A stretch of 35,209 nt of DNA, taken from the sequence record DRR723986_12945; one strand, written 5' to 3'. The first letter of the stretch is position 1, and each line of letters begins with the position of its first letter. The notes beneath the pieces are model-generated. The model was not told where the DNA came from and did not search any database. It was given only the letters and a program-made list of their open reading frames with translations. The position numbers were made by a program, and so were the translations under genes. This document shows, in pieces, positions 1 to 10,700 of this stretch.

Positions 1-2623
1 TCCGGCCAAGGCCAAGACCATCAACAAGTACCTCGGGCCGGACTTCGTCGTAAAGTCCAGCGTCGGGCATATTCGCGACTTGCCAACCTCCGGCAGCAGT
101 GCGCCGGTGGATCCAAAAGAGCGCGCAGCCCAGGCGGCCCGGACCCGCAAGATGGCCCCCGAGGAAAAGGTGGAGTATAAAAAGAACAAGTCTCGGGAGC
201 AGTTGATCCGCAGGATGGGGATTGACCCGGAGCACGGCTGGCAGGCGGATTACCAGATTCTGCCGGGCAAGGAAAAAGTCGTAGCCGAGCTGCGCAAGCT
301 GGCCGAGAAAAGTGACGCCATTTACCTGGCCACTGACCTTGATCGCGAGGGAGAGGCCATAGCCTGGCACCTGCGCGAGGCAATCGGCGGCGACGATGAT
401 CGCTACCAGCGGGTCGTGTTCAACGAAATCACCAAGAAGGCCATCACCGAGGCCTTTGATCGCCCCAGCCATATCGATACCAACCGGGTGAACGCGCAGC
501 AGGCGCGGCGTTTTCTCGACCGGGTCGTTGGCTACATGGTCTCGCCCTTGCTCTGGGCCAAAGTCGCCCGCGGCCTGTCAGCGGGGAGGGTGCAGTCGGT
601 TGCGGTTCGCCTGATCGTCGAGCGCGAGCGTGAAATCCGCGCTTTTGTGCCGGAAGAGTACTGGGAGATTCACGCGGATCTGAACACCGAGGCGGCTGAC
701 GATATCCGCTTCCAGGTGGTCAAGTACCAGAATGAAAAATTCCGCCCGGGGAACGAGGAGCAGGCCACCGCTGCGACTCGTGCGCTGGAGCAGCTGCCGT
801 ATGTTGTGGACAACCGGGAGGACAAGCCGAGCAGCTCACGTCCTTCGGCGCCCTACATCACCTCGACCCTGCAGCAGGCCGCCAGCACCCGGCTCGGTTT
901 CAGCGTCAAGAAGACCATGATGCTCGCCCAGCGCCTGTACGAGGCGGGCTACATCACGTACATGCGTACCGATTCCACCAACCTCAGCGCAGAGGCCGTT
1001 GCTGCCTGTCGGGACTACATCGGAGCCAACTTCCCGAAGGAGTATCTGCCTGACGCGCCCAAGATCTATTCTTCCAAGGACGGGGCCCAGGAGGCCCACG
1101 AGGCGATCCGGCCTTCAGATGTAAAGGTCCTGCAGAGCAATTTGCAGGGCATGGAACGGGATGCAGAGCGCCTGTATGAAATGATCTGGCGCCAGTTTGT
1201 CGCTTGCCAGATGCCGCCGGCGGAATACACGGTGACCACGATCACGGTCAAGGCGGGCGACTACGAGCTCACCGCCAAAGGGCGCATTATCCGGTTTGAT
1301 GGCTTTACCCGGGTGCAGCCATCCGCCGGGCGCAAGGGGGAGGACACGGTATTGCCTGACGTCCGGACCGGTGCGTCGCTGGCGTTGAAGAAGCTCGACC
1401 CGGTACAGCATTTCACCAAGCCGGCGCCGCGTTATGGCGAAGCCAGCCTGGTGCGTGAGCTGGAGAAGCGGGGTATCGGCCGGCCTTCCACCTATGCCTC
1501 CATCATCTCCACCATCCAGGAGCGCGGCTACGTGCGCCTGGAGAACAAGCGCTTCTATGCCGAGAAGATGGGTGACATCGTCACCCAGCGGCTGCAGAAC
1601 AGTTTCAGTGAGCTGCTCGATTACGGTTTCACCGCGTCCATGGAAGAACACCTGGACGAGGTAGCCGAGGGCAAGCTGGACTGGCGTGCCCTGCTGGATG
1701 ATTTCTATCTCGAGTTCCGTGGTCTGCTCGACACCGCCGGTGAACCAGAGCCTGCGGGCATGCAGCCCAATGAGCCGACGATGACGGATATTGCCTGCCC
1801 GAAGTGCGGCCGGCCCATGCAGATTCGCACGGCAAGTACCGGGGTGTTTCTCGGTTGCTCCGGTTACGCGCTGCCGCCCAAGGAGCGCTGTAAGGAGACC
1901 ATTAACCTGGTGCCGGGTGACGAGGCAATTCGCGAGGATGCCGACGATGAGGCCGAGTCCCGCCTGCTGATTACCAAGCACCGTTGCGGCATCTGCAACA
2001 CCGCCATGGATTCCTACCTGATTGATGAGCAGCGCAAGCTGCACGTCTGCGGCAACAACCCGGATTGCGCGGGCTTCGAGATCGAGCAGGGCAAGTTCAA
2101 GATCAAGGGCTATGACGGTCCGGTGATCGAGTGCGACAAGTGCGGCGCGGATATGCAGCTCAAGACCGGGAGGTTCGGCAAGTACTTTGGCTGTACCGCC
2201 GAGGCGTGCAAGAACACCCGGAAGCTTTTGCGCAATGGCGAAGCGGCACCGCCGAAGATGGATCCGGTGCCAATGCCGGAACTCCCCTGCGCCAAGGTCG
2301 AGGATCATTACATCCTGCGCGATGGTGCGGCAGGGCTGTTCCTGGCCGCCAGCCAGTTTCCGCGCAACCGGGAAACCCGGGCGCCCTTCGTGGATGAACT
2401 GCTTCCCCACAAGGCTGAGATCGATCCCAAGTACGCCTTCCTGTTCTCGGCCCCCACCGAAGACGATGACGGTAACCGCACCCAGGTTCGTTTCAGCCGC
2501 AAGACCCGCGAGCAGTACGTGATGACCGAGCAAGACGGTAAGGCTACCGGTTGGAAGGCGCACTACCGCAAGGGGCGCTGGGAAGAAGAGCAGGGCGGCG
2601 GGGGCCGCCGCCGTGGGAAATGA
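1..2623 (+). CDS. topA: DNA topoisomerase I (type IA), 5'-truncated by the window edge
   Basis: Frame is open from base 2 ([12 protein letters not shown]...[16 protein letters not shown] start); [21 protein letters not shown], catalytic [20 protein letters not shown] and C-terminal Cys zinc ribbons. The ORF-track start at 80 is internal. Confidence 0.98.
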   Translation, partial: PAKAKTINKYLGPDFVVKSSVGHIRDLPTSGSSAPVDPKERAAQAARTRKMAPEEKVEYKKNKSREQLIRRMGIDPEHGWQADYQILPGKEKVVAELRKLAEKSDAIYLATDLDREGEAIAWHLREAIGGDDDRYQRVVFNEITKKAITEAFDRPSHIDTNRVNAQQARRFLDRVVGYMVSPLLWAKVARGLSAGRVQSVAVRLIVEREREIRAFVPEEYWEIHADLNTEAADDIRFQVVKYQNEKFRPGNEEQATAATRALEQLPYVVDNREDKPSSSRPSAPYITSTLQQAASTRLGFSVKKTMMLAQRLYEAGYITYMRTDSTNLSAEAVAACRDYIGANFPKEYLPDAPKIYSSKDGAQEAHEAIRPSDVKVLQSNLQGMERDAERLYEMIWRQFVACQMPPAEYTVTTITVKAGDYELTAKGRIIRFDGFTRVQPSAGRKGEDTVLPDVRTGASLALKKLDPVQHFTKPAPRYGEASLVRELEKRGIGRPSTYASIISTIQERGYVRLENKRFYAEKMGDIVTQRLQNSFSELLDYGFTASMEEHLDEVAEGKLDWRALLDDFYLEFRGLLDTAGEPEPAGMQPNEPTMTDIACPKCGRPMQIRTASTGVFLGCSGYALPPKERCKETINLVPGDEAIREDADDEAESRLLITKHRCGICNTAMDSYLIDEQRKLHVCGNNPDCAGFEIEQGKFKIKGYDGPVIECDKCGADMQLKTGRFGKYFGCTAEACKNTRKLLRNGEAAPPKMDPVPMPELPCAKVEDHYILRDGAAGLFLAASQFPRNRETRAPFVDELLPHKAEIDPKYAFLFSAPTEDDDGNRTQVRFSRKTREQYVMTEQDGKATGWKAHYRKGRWEEEQGGGGRRRGK

Positions 2624-3090
2624 GTTCCCCACGCGCACTCGCCAACCAGACCCTCTACCTCGCGCGCATCCAGCTCGCTGCCTGGCGTAACGCTGCAACC
2701 GAGCAGCTTATTCCGGCCTCAACCCTGGCCCAGGCCTTTGCCCCGGCGGTGCGCCACCATTTGCTGGATGCGTACGGCTGGTTCCTGCTGACGATTCTCG
2801 GTGTGTCCGAGACACCGGCACACCCACCCCGGTGCTGTGCAGACCTCCCAGGGGTGGCGGTGGGCAAATCACTCCCCGGAGAGATCAGGGAATGCCAGCA
2901 ACTGGAGCAGGGCGGCTGGGTCGGGGAGTTGCAAGCCGAGCTGGCGTCCCCCTCCGCCGGGCACGCCGCATCGCGCGATAATCTGCTGACTCCCACCCTG
3001 GCGCTACCGGAGCGCGAGACCATGAACGCCTGGGCTGATGCGCTCGAAGCCTTGTTCGACCGGATGGCGGATTCCCTGGACGAGTACTAG
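2620..3090 (+). CDS. Conserved hypothetical protein (DUF6586-like), 156 aa
   Basis: ATG at 2620 overlaps the topA stop (ATGA). The N-terminus ([12 protein letters not shown]...[10 protein letters not shown]) and acidic C-terminus (DSLDEY) resemble the hypothetical that follows topA in Pseudomonas-like genomes. Family recognised from memory, not by search. Confidence 0.7.
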   Translation: MSSPRALANQTLYLARIQLAAWRNAATEQLIPASTLAQAFAPAVRHHLLDAYGWFLLTILGVSETPAHPPRCCADLPGVAVGKSLPGEIRECQQLEQGGWVGELQAELASPSAGHAASRDNLLTPTLALPERETMNAWADALEALFDRMADSLDEY

Positions 3091-3160
3091 ACCGGCGCTG
3101 GCCTGCCCTGTTCCCGGCTGATATGATGATCTCGAAAGTTGGCAAAAAGAGGTCTTTTTA

Positions 3161-3412
3161 GTGTCCACATCCTTGCTGGAGATAGTAGATCTGGGTGATG
3201 GCGAGATCGTCCTGCAACGCGCGGACGATGACTCCGAACCCCTGGTGACCATCCAATTTTCGGATGAGTCACGGCTCTACCTGATGGACAACGGGCTGGA
3301 AGTCGCCAAGGCCATGATTCAGGCTGGCATCCAGGCGGCAGCTACCCTGGCGGAAGAAGCCGAGGTGGAGGTCGAGACGAGCACTGAAAACCGGGCACGG
3401 GTGCTGCACTAG
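3161..3412 (+). CDS. Small conserved acidic hypothetical protein, 83 aa
   Basis: GTG start with AAGAGGT RBS upstream; LLEIVDL..GEIVLQRA...LVTIQFS...EVAKAMI resembles the small hypothetical found between topA and lexA in Gammaproteobacteria. Confidence 0.75.
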   Translation: MSTSLLEIVDLGDGEIVLQRADDDSEPLVTIQFSDESRLYLMDNGLEVAKAMIQAGIQAAATLAEEAEVEVETSTENRARVLH

Positions 3413-3523
3413 GCTCTACCCGGTAATGCCTCTGCCGTAAGCTCCTCAGGCCGCGGCAGGATATCTTACAGAGCGCCCGGCGGCGTTTTGCACCCCCGCT
3501 ACCGCAGCACAATACCGGAGCCG

Positions 3524-4126
3524 TCAGGTTCCGCGGCGTAATACCCCGACACTCAGCCCCTCAATGGCGAACGCCTGCTCGCGCAGGTCGACCTTGATCG
3601 GCTGGTAATCCGGATTCTCCGGCAGCAGTTCCAGCAGGTGTTTCTGGCTGGTATGGCGCAGGCGTTTGACGGTCACCTCATCTTCGATGCGTGCCACCAC
3701 GATATCGCCGTTGGCGGCTACCGGTGTGCTGTGCACGGCCAGCAGGTCGCCGTCCATGATCCCCACATCCACCATGCTGTCGCCCTGGACCACCAGGAAA
3801 TAGTCTGCGGCGGGTTTGAAGAACGCAGGCGGCAGGTCACAGTAGTCTTCGATATGCGCCTCTGCGAGCACCGGGCTGCCGGCTGCCACCCGGCCGATGA
3901 TCGGTATGCCCGCACTGTCGGGGAGGCGGATACCCCGTGAGGCACCGGGAATGATTTCGATAGCCCCTTTGCGCGCCAGTGCCTTGAGGTGTTCCTCGGC
4001 AGCATTGGCGGACTTGAATCCCAGTTCCCTGGCGATATCCGCCCGGGTAGGGGGATAACCGGTGTCGTCGATATGGCGGCGGATCAGGTCGAGAACCTGC
4101 TGCTGGCGAGCGGTGAGCTTTTCCAT
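3524..4126 (-). CDS. lexA: SOS transcriptional repressor LexA
   Basis: [33 protein letters not shown] (winged HTH), VAAG cleavage site, GDSM catalytic Ser, VTVKR catalytic Lys. Confidence 0.98.
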   Translation of the reverse strand: MEKLTARQQQVLDLIRRHIDDTGYPPTRADIARELGFKSANAAEEHLKALARKGAIEIIPGASRGIRLPDSAGIPIIGRVAAGSPVLAEAHIEDYCDLPPAFFKPAADYFLVVQGDSMVDVGIMDGDLLAVHSTPVAANGDIVVARIEDEVTVKRLRHTSQKHLLELLPENPDYQPIKVDLREQAFAIEGLSVGVLRRGT

Positions 4127-4134
4127 GTGAGCAC

Positions 4135-4150
4135 CTGTTTTTTTATACAG
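4135..4150. promoter_or_regulatory. LexA operator (SOS box) 1
   Basis: CTGTTTTTTTATACAG = CTG-N10-CAG, 8 bp from the lexA start codon and overlapping its RBS region. Confidence 0.88.
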
Positions 4151-4153
4151 ATG

Positions 4154-4169
4154 CTGTGATTATATCCAG
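4154..4169. promoter_or_regulatory. LexA operator (SOS box) 2
   Basis: CTGTGATTATATCCAG = CTG-N10-CAG, 3 bp from box 1; it contains the minus-strand TATAAT. Confidence 0.85.
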
Positions 4170-4188
4170 TGGTTGCGGTCGATAGCAA
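4159..4188 (-). promoter_or_regulatory. Sigma70-type lexA promoter
   Basis: Minus strand TTGCTA (4188-4183), 18 bp spacer, perfect TATAAT (4164-4159). Confidence 0.7.
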
Positions 4189-4272
4189 TGCCGGGCTCCA
4201 GGGCTACAGCTAGCCCCTCTGCTGGAGGCGGCGCCACCGCGCGGGGGCGAGGGCAGCGGATTCCGATCCGGG

Positions 4273-4590
4273 CTAGAAGTCCTCGACCCCGTACATGGCA
4301 TCGGGTTCGATCATGTTCAGGGGATTGTTCCAGTCCTGTGGATGGAAGGGCAGGTCAGGATCGAGGCCGTCCTCGTCGTCCAGTTCGTAAGCTGCGCGCC
4401 AGTCCTCGGGGGCCTCGGCGGCTTGCAGGGTCAACTCGCGCCAGGCGTCGAGGTCGTATGCGGTAACTTCCCCATCGAGGTACTGGGCTTCAATCGTCAG
4501 GCTGGCAGGATCCCAGGCGACAACTTCAAACAGTGCCTCGCTCTGCAGGTCCTTGTACCAGCCGCCGACCACGGGGCTTAACATTTTCAT
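4273..4590 (-). CDS. DUF6763-like small acidic protein
   Basis: P.VGGWYKDL...FEVVAWD....IEAQYLDGEV...DLDAW......AEAPEDW pattern; GGAG RBS before ATG 4590 (ATG 4584 is an alternative start). Confidence 0.75.
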   Translation of the reverse strand: MKMLSPVVGGWYKDLQSEALFEVVAWDPASLTIEAQYLDGEVTAYDLDAWRELTLQAAEAPEDWRAAYELDDEDGLDPDLPFHPQDWNNPLNMIEPDAMYGVEDF

Positions 4591-4719
4591 TTTCTCCACC
4601 AGTTTCTGGCTCGGCCCACCAAAATATCACTCTGGTTTGCCCTGTCCATTATGTGAAATCGGCCTAAGAAACCCGGTCTAAATTACCTGATGAAGCACCC
4701 GCGACAGTTTTTAAAAAGG

Positions 4720-4732
4720 GATCAAGTGCTTG
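4720..4732 (+). promoter_or_regulatory. Possible IHF-binding site
   Basis: GATCAAGTGCTTG versus consensus WATCAANNNNTTR (one mismatch), preceded by TTTTTAAAAA in an AT-rich divergent intergenic region. Confidence 0.35.
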
Positions 4733-4748
4733 CGTTCGCTTCCAAGAG

Positions 4749-4780
4749 TTGACTTGATGCTGCGCCAGCCCTTATATACT
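4749..4780 (+). promoter_or_regulatory. Candidate sigma70 promoter for the MscS-phosphorylase pair
   Basis: TTGACT (4749-4754) or TTGATG (4754-4759) upstream of TATATACT (4773-4780); spacing is not ideal. Confidence 0.4.
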
Positions 4781-4857
4781 TGTGCTGTCTATCCACGGTG
4801 CGCTCCTATGAAAAAATTGTCTAAAAACACGACGTCGCGCGTCCGGTACTGCGCCTG

Positions 4858-5964
4858 ATGCGGGAACTGGTGGAACAACTGCACGGTCGCATCCTCGACG
4901 CGGGGAAGAGCCTCGGGATCAGTATTGAAGTCGCCAGCCTGCTGCTGTTGCTCATTGCCGGCGCACTCGGCCACCTGCTGCTGCGCGCCCTGGTGGTGCG
5001 GATGCATCGCCTGGCGGAAACCAGTGAGCAGCAGTGGGACGACGTATTCGTCACCGCGCTGGAAGCACCACTGCGGGTCGTACTCTGGGTGGCCGTTGCC
5101 TATCTGGCGCTGGAGATTTATCCCGCCACGGATGCTCTGCAGGGCTACCTGTTCACGGCCTATGACACGGCCCTGGTCCTGCTCCTGGCGTGGTTCCTCA
5201 ACCGACTGATTTTCGGGGTGGAGGAGGAATTGCTCCGCGAAGATCGCGGGCGCACCGCGTCAACCGACAAGGCAACGGTGCGGGCCACGGCAAAGTTGCT
5301 GCGTATTACCCTGTGGGTAGTGGCGGCCCTGATGGTGTTGCAGTCACTGGGTGTGTCGATTTCCGGCCTGCTGGCCTTCGGCGGCATCGGCGGTATTGCG
5401 GTTGGTTTTGCTGCCAAGGACTTGCTGGCAAATTTCTTTGGCGGCCTTAGCGTATACCTCGACCGGCCCTTTACCATCGGGGACTGGATTCGCTCACCGG
5501 ACCAGGATATCGAAGGCACCGTCGAGGATATCGGCTGGCGTATGACCTGTATCCGCACCTTCGACCAGCGCCCGCTTTACGTGCCCAATGCGGTGTTCAG
5601 CCAGATCTCGATCCAGAACCCCTCCCGGATGCACAATCGACGGATCTACGAGACCATTGGCATCCGCTACCAGGATGCAGACAAAATGCAGGCCATCGTC
5701 GCCGAGGTCAGGCAGATGCTGGAGCAACACGATGAGATCGACCGCAATCGCACGCTGATCGTCAACTTCGTGTCTTTCGGTCCCTCGTCGCTGGATTTCT
5801 TTGTCTACACCTTCACCAAGACGGTCAACTGGGTTGACTTCCACCAGATCAAGCAGGATGTCTTGCTCCGGATCCTCGATATCATCACCCGCCACGGGGC
5901 AGAGATCGCCTTTCCGACCCAGACCCTGCATCTTGAAAACGCGTCACCGGAACCGGAGCCCTGA
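4858..5964 (+). CDS. MscS-family mechanosensitive channel (YnaI-like, extra N-terminal TM helices)
   Basis: Several TM segments, GLLAFGGIGGIAVGFAAKDLLANFFGG (TM3), DRPFTIGDWI, GTVEDIGWRMT, YVPN, C-terminal IAFPTQTLH. Confidence 0.92.
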   Translation: MRELVEQLHGRILDAGKSLGISIEVASLLLLLIAGALGHLLLRALVVRMHRLAETSEQQWDDVFVTALEAPLRVVLWVAVAYLALEIYPATDALQGYLFTAYDTALVLLLAWFLNRLIFGVEEELLREDRGRTASTDKATVRATAKLLRITLWVVAALMVLQSLGVSISGLLAFGGIGGIAVGFAAKDLLANFFGGLSVYLDRPFTIGDWIRSPDQDIEGTVEDIGWRMTCIRTFDQRPLYVPNAVFSQISIQNPSRMHNRRIYETIGIRYQDADKMQAIVAEVRQMLEQHDEIDRNRTLIVNFVSFGPSSLDFFVYTFTKTVNWVDFHQIKQDVLLRILDIITRHGAEIAFPTQTLHLENASPEPEP

Positions 5965-5966
5965 TC

Positions 5967-6716
5967 ATGAGACAGCTCGGGATTATTGGCGGTACAGGCC
6001 TGGACCAGCTTGAGGGCCTGGTGATCGAGGGAGGCCAGGATGTGGCGACGCCCTTCGGCGCGCCCTCGGGTCCGGTCCTGGAGGGTCGGCTGGGCAGCGC
6101 GCGGGTGGTTTTCCTGCATCGCCACGGCAGTCCACGGACCATACCCCCGCATCGCGTCAACTACCGCGCCAATGTCTGGGCGCTGCATTCACTTGGAGTC
6201 ACCGACATCGTGGCGATTAACGCGGTGGGTGGTATCGCGCCGCGTATGAAGCCCGGAGAGCTGGTTATCCCGGACCAGTTGATCGATTACACCTGGGGCC
6301 GCGAGCACAGCTTTGACGATGGCAGTTCCGGTGCGCTGTTGCACGTGGATTTTGCCGAGCCTTATGACCAGGAACTGCGCGAAGCGCTGATTGCTGTAGC
6401 CCGGCGGGTCAGGATCGATCACCAGGACAACGGGACCTACGGGGCGACTCAGGGCCCGCGGCTGGAAACAGCGGCGGAGATTCGGCGCATGGCCCAGGAT
6501 GGTTGCGATATCGTCGGCATGACCGGCATGCCCGAGGCGGGCCTGGTGCGGGAGCTGGATATGGCCTACGCGACGGTCTGCATGGTGGTCAACGCGGCCG
6601 CGGGGCTGGATGATCGCCCCCTGTCGCGGGATACGATAAACGATATCCTGGTGCGTGAGACCCGGGTGGTAGCCCTGCTGCTGCAGGAACTGGTGCGCGA
6701 GCGCTACTGCGGCTGA
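5967..6716 (+). CDS. S-methyl-5'-thioinosine/5'-methylthioadenosine phosphorylase (PNP/MTAP family)
   Basis: GIIGGTG, RHG...IPPH.VNYRAN, NAVGGI, PDQLIDYT, QGPRLET.AE, VGMTGMPEA, VVNAAAG. Confidence 0.92.
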   Translation: MRQLGIIGGTGLDQLEGLVIEGGQDVATPFGAPSGPVLEGRLGSARVVFLHRHGSPRTIPPHRVNYRANVWALHSLGVTDIVAINAVGGIAPRMKPGELVIPDQLIDYTWGREHSFDDGSSGALLHVDFAEPYDQELREALIAVARRVRIDHQDNGTYGATQGPRLETAAEIRRMAQDGCDIVGMTGMPEAGLVRELDMAYATVCMVVNAAAGLDDRPLSRDTINDILVRETRVVALLLQELVRERYCG

Positions 6717-7729
6717 AGTTCGGCGGCTTCCGCCTCCGCCATGGCCAACAATTCTTCATCGCTTAACGGCGTCAGCTTCACCACCAGGCCGAGCAAGGGA
6801 TGGTCGATGTAGTGCACTTCATTGCTGCGCATGCGGCGACTCTGCGCCAGGGCAACGGCATGGCGCCAGGGATACAGCGGCCCGACGGCTTCTTCCGTCG
6901 GCGTTTCCAGCTCAGCCTCCTCCACCAATAACGGCCCGGCTTCCGCCTCTGCGTCGAGTAGCTGCTCCTGCGGGGCTGCCGGCGGCGGCTCGATGACAAG
7001 CAGCGACGCGGGGCCAAGGGGAGGGGGCGTCATCTGCCAGGCTCCGGGCAGGTAGCTGCCATCCGTATTCAGCCACAGGCTGGATTCCAGGTGCAGGTAG
7101 CGGGTAAGGAACAGGCGTACGCTGCCTTGCAGGCGTGGCCAATCCTGCTCGTCTCCGGAGCGATCAATAACAAGGGGCAGGGCGGTTTCACGGTCGGCAA
7201 CCGGCTGCACCCAGGTTTCGTGGAACAGGGTGACGTAGCGGCCGCTGCGCTGCATAAAGGCGGCTTTCCCGCGGAACTCCAGCTCGGCGGCGGAACGCTG
7301 CATAAAGGCTGTGGGCAAGGTCGCGGCGGCGGCGGGCTCTTCCTCGACCGGCTCCAGCGCCGCGTTGGGTTCGACGGGCGCGCTCACCAGGGGAATGTCC
7401 TCGGCAGCTAGGCGCGGGTCGCCGTCATCTTCCGGCGGTGGTTCCGGTATGGTGATGGTTTGTATCCCGCGCTCATCGACGGCGCTGTCAGCGTCCGGCC
7501 ACAGTGCGCTATTGGCCTGTTCGCGCGCCGGGTCGCGCAGGAAGCGATAAACCTCGGGATAGGCCAGCTCGGGTTGCGCAGGCCACAGCTCGGAGCTCAC
7601 GGCCCCGGCATTCTCATGGGCGAAAATCAGCAGCTCCACCCGGTACCAGCGAGGATCTTGGGCCAGGGACGTAAGCGGCAGCAGGCAGGCCAGCAGGGCG
7701 GTGAACGTGGTGGTGCGAAGTCTTGGCAT
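6704..7729 (-). CDS. csiV: CsiV-family peptidoglycan-binding periplasmic protein
   Basis: Signal peptide, WYRVELLIF, C-terminal RRMRSNEVHYIDHPLLGLVV; its start overlaps the mfd stop by 1 bp, the usual mfd-csiV arrangement. Confidence 0.85.
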   Translation of the reverse strand: MPRLRTTTFTALLACLLPLTSLAQDPRWYRVELLIFAHENAGAVSSELWPAQPELAYPEVYRFLRDPAREQANSALWPDADSAVDERGIQTITIPEPPPEDDGDPRLAAEDIPLVSAPVEPNAALEPVEEEPAAAATLPTAFMQRSAAELEFRGKAAFMQRSGRYVTLFHETWVQPVADRETALPLVIDRSGDEQDWPRLQGSVRLFLTRYLHLESSLWLNTDGSYLPGAWQMTPPPLGPASLLVIEPPPAAPQEQLLDAEAEAGPLLVEEAELETPTEEAVGPLYPWRHAVALAQSRRMRSNEVHYIDHPLLGLVVKLTPLSDEELLAMAEAEAAELQPQ

Positions 7730-10700
7730 CAGGCGGCGTCTTCCCTGGCATCGGCGGCAAAGTCTGCGAGCAATTCTTCCACGAACTGCTGCCGTTTGGC
7801 CACATCGGGCAACTCGCGTGATATTTTCAGGCGGGTGGCCCCGGCCAATTGGTAGACCCGCGGCTCCGCCTGGACGCGTTTCACCAGGCTCATCGGGTTG
7901 ACCCGCGTGCTCTCCCGGAACTCGACCAGCGCCCCGGCCGGACCGGCGTCGATGCCGGCGATACCCAGGGCATCCGCGCGCAGGCGCAGGCGAGCCTGGG
8001 CGAACAGGTTGTTTATCGGTTCGCGCAGCAAGCCGAATCGGTCAATCATCTCGACCTGTATTTCCCGTAAGTCAGCCTCGCTGCCGGCAGCGGCAATGCG
8101 CTTGTACAGGATCAGGCGGCTGTTGGTGTCCGGCAGGTAGTCTTCGGGAATCAGGGCCGGCACGTTCAGGTTGACCTCAGTGCCCGCATCGAGAGGCGCG
8201 TCGACATCCGGAATCTCGCCACGGCGCAAGGCGGCAACCGCCCGCTCGAGCATGTCCATATACAGGGCGAAGCCGACGCTGTGAATCTGGCCACTCTGTT
8301 CGTCACCGAGCAGTTCCCCGGCGCCGCGGATCTCCAGGTCGTGGGTCGCCAGCAGGTAGCCGGCTCCGAGATCGCCGGCGGCCTCGATGGCCTCCAGGCG
8401 CTTGACGGCATCGGGGGTCATGGCGGACTGCGGCGGGCACAGCAGGTAGGCATAAGCCTGGTGGTGAGAGCGTCCGACCCGGCCGCGCAACTGGTGCAGC
8501 TGGGCGAGCCCGAAACGGTCGGCGCGTTCGATAATCATGGTATTGGCATTGGGGATGTCGATGCCGGTCTCAATAATCGTGGTGCAGAGCAGGATGTGGT
8601 GGCGCTGGTGATAGAACGCAGACATCACCTGCTCGAGCTGGGTCTCCCGCATTTGCCCGTGGGCGACACCGATGGACAGGCCCGGAAGCAGTTCCCGCAG
8701 CTTGCGCGCGCTTTCCTCGATGGTCCGCACCTCGTTGTGCAGGTAATAGACCTGGCCGCCGCGCAGGGTCTCCCGCAGCACCGCTTCCTTTACCAGGGCG
8801 ATGTTGTGTTCCCGGACAAAGGTCTTGATGGACAGGCGCCGGGCCGGCGGGGTGGCGATGATCGACAGGTCACGCATCCCTCCCAGCGCCATGTTGAGGG
8901 TGCGCGGGATTGGCGTTGCGGTCAGGGTCAGGATGTCGACCTCGGAGCGCAGGGCTTTTATCGCCTCTTTCTGTTTCACCCCGAAGCGATGTTCCTCGTC
9001 GATGATCAGCAGGCCCAGGTCGTGGAAGTTGAAATCGCTCTGCAGCAGCTTGTGTGTGCCCACCAGGATATTGGTCGCGCCGGAGGCAATACGTTTGTTG
9101 ACCTCGGTGACCTCCTTGGCAGTTTTGAAGCGCGATACGACATCAACATTGACCGGCCAGTCGGCGAAGCGGTCGCTGAAGGAATTGAAATGCTGCTGGG
9201 CCAGCAGGGTAGTGGGGACCAGTACCGCAACCTGCTTTCCATTCTGGGCGGCGACGAAGGCCGCTCGCATGGCTACTTCCGTCTTGCCGAAACCCACGTC
9301 GCCGCAGATCAGCCGATCCATGACCCCGGGGCTGCGCATATCCTCGAGCACCGCGGCGATTGCAGCGGCCTGATCCGGCGTCTCCTCGAACGGGAAATCG
9401 GCAGCGAACTGCTCGTAATCCTGCTCGGGCACGCTGAACGCAAAACCCTGGCGCGCCTCGCGCCGGGCGTAGACTTCCAGCAGCTGGGCGGCGATATCGC
9501 TGGCCCGCTCGCTGGCCTTGCGCCGGGCTTTCTCCCACTGGTCGGAGCCGAGCCGGTGTAGCGGCGCCAGGTCCGGGTCGCTGCCGGCGTAGCGGCTGAT
9601 CAGGTGCAGCGAGGTGACCGGGACATACAGCCTGGACCCCTCTGCATACACCAGGGTCAGGAATTCGCCTTCCTCGCCACCGGCGGCGAGGGTTTGCAGG
9701 CCTTCGTAGCGACCGACACCGTGTTCCAGGTGCACAACGGGTACGCCCTCTCGCAGTTCGGTCAGGTCCCGGAAGACATTGGTAGGGTCGGTTTCCTGGG
9801 TTGACCGGCGGCGTCGTCGCTGCGCGACTCGCTCACCGAACAGCTGGGCCTCGCAGACCAGGGTGGGCTCCCCCGGGCCGGTGTATAGCCCGCGGTCCAG
9901 CGGCGCTGTGGCGATGGCGAAGTCCGGCGCGCTTGCCAGGAATTCCTGCCAGCTGCCAACGGCTTGAGGCGCCATGCCGTGGGCCGCCAGGGTTTCGAGC
10001 AGGATTTCCCGGCGCCCGGCAGATTCGGCGCAGAGCAGTACCGGTCCTGCGTGTTGCTCAATGAACTGGCCCAGGTGCTCCACCGCGCCCCCCTCACGTT
10101 CTCCTGAGGACAGGGTAGGCGGCTGTTGGAAGGGGGTTTCCAGGTGCACCGGAGCATCGGGATGGCTGCGTAACTCCAGTACCGCCAGTTCGCCCAGCAG
10201 GCGATACAGTTCCTCAACCGGGTAAAAGCCCCGTGCCGGGGGCAGTAGCGGCCGCCGGGGATCGATGCCGTACTCGTCGAACCGGGTGGTGACATCCTCC
10301 CAGAAGCGCTGCGCAGCGCCATAATGATCGCCGATGGCGATAACCGCTGCATTGTCGGGCAGGTAATCGAACAGGCTGTCGCACTGTTCGAAGAACAGGG
10401 GCAGGTAATACTCACAGCCACCTGGAACCCGGCCGGCACTGACCTCGTTGAACACCGGGCAGGCGTCCGGGTCGGAGTCGAAGCTGTCATACCACTGCAT
10501 CTGGAAGCGCTGGATCGCGCCGGCATCCAGCGGGAATTCGCGTGCGGGAAGCAGCCTGATGGCGTCGACACGGTCAACGGTGCGCTGGGTTTCCGGGTCA
10601 AAGGTGCGCAGGGTGTCGACTTCATCGTCGAGCAGGTCGACCCGGTAGGGCAGGTCGCTGCCCATGGGGAAGATGTCCAGCAGCGCGCCGCGCAGGGCAA

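Noticed and set aside
1115..2698. 527-aa antisense ORF over topA
   Set aside because: In codon register with topA; a typical shadow ORF of GC-biased codon usage, with no recognisable motifs.
3413..3523. Several short inverted repeats between the small hypothetical gene and lexA
   Set aside because: Stems are short, GC-rich and mutually overlapping with no T-tract; not distinguishable from chance, and I see no sulA remnant.
4196..4270. Hairpins GGGCTA-CAGC-TAGCCC and CGGAT-TCCG-ATCCG downstream of the DUF6763-like gene
   Set aside because: No U-tract and no second copy noticed in the window, so neither a terminator nor a REP family is supported.
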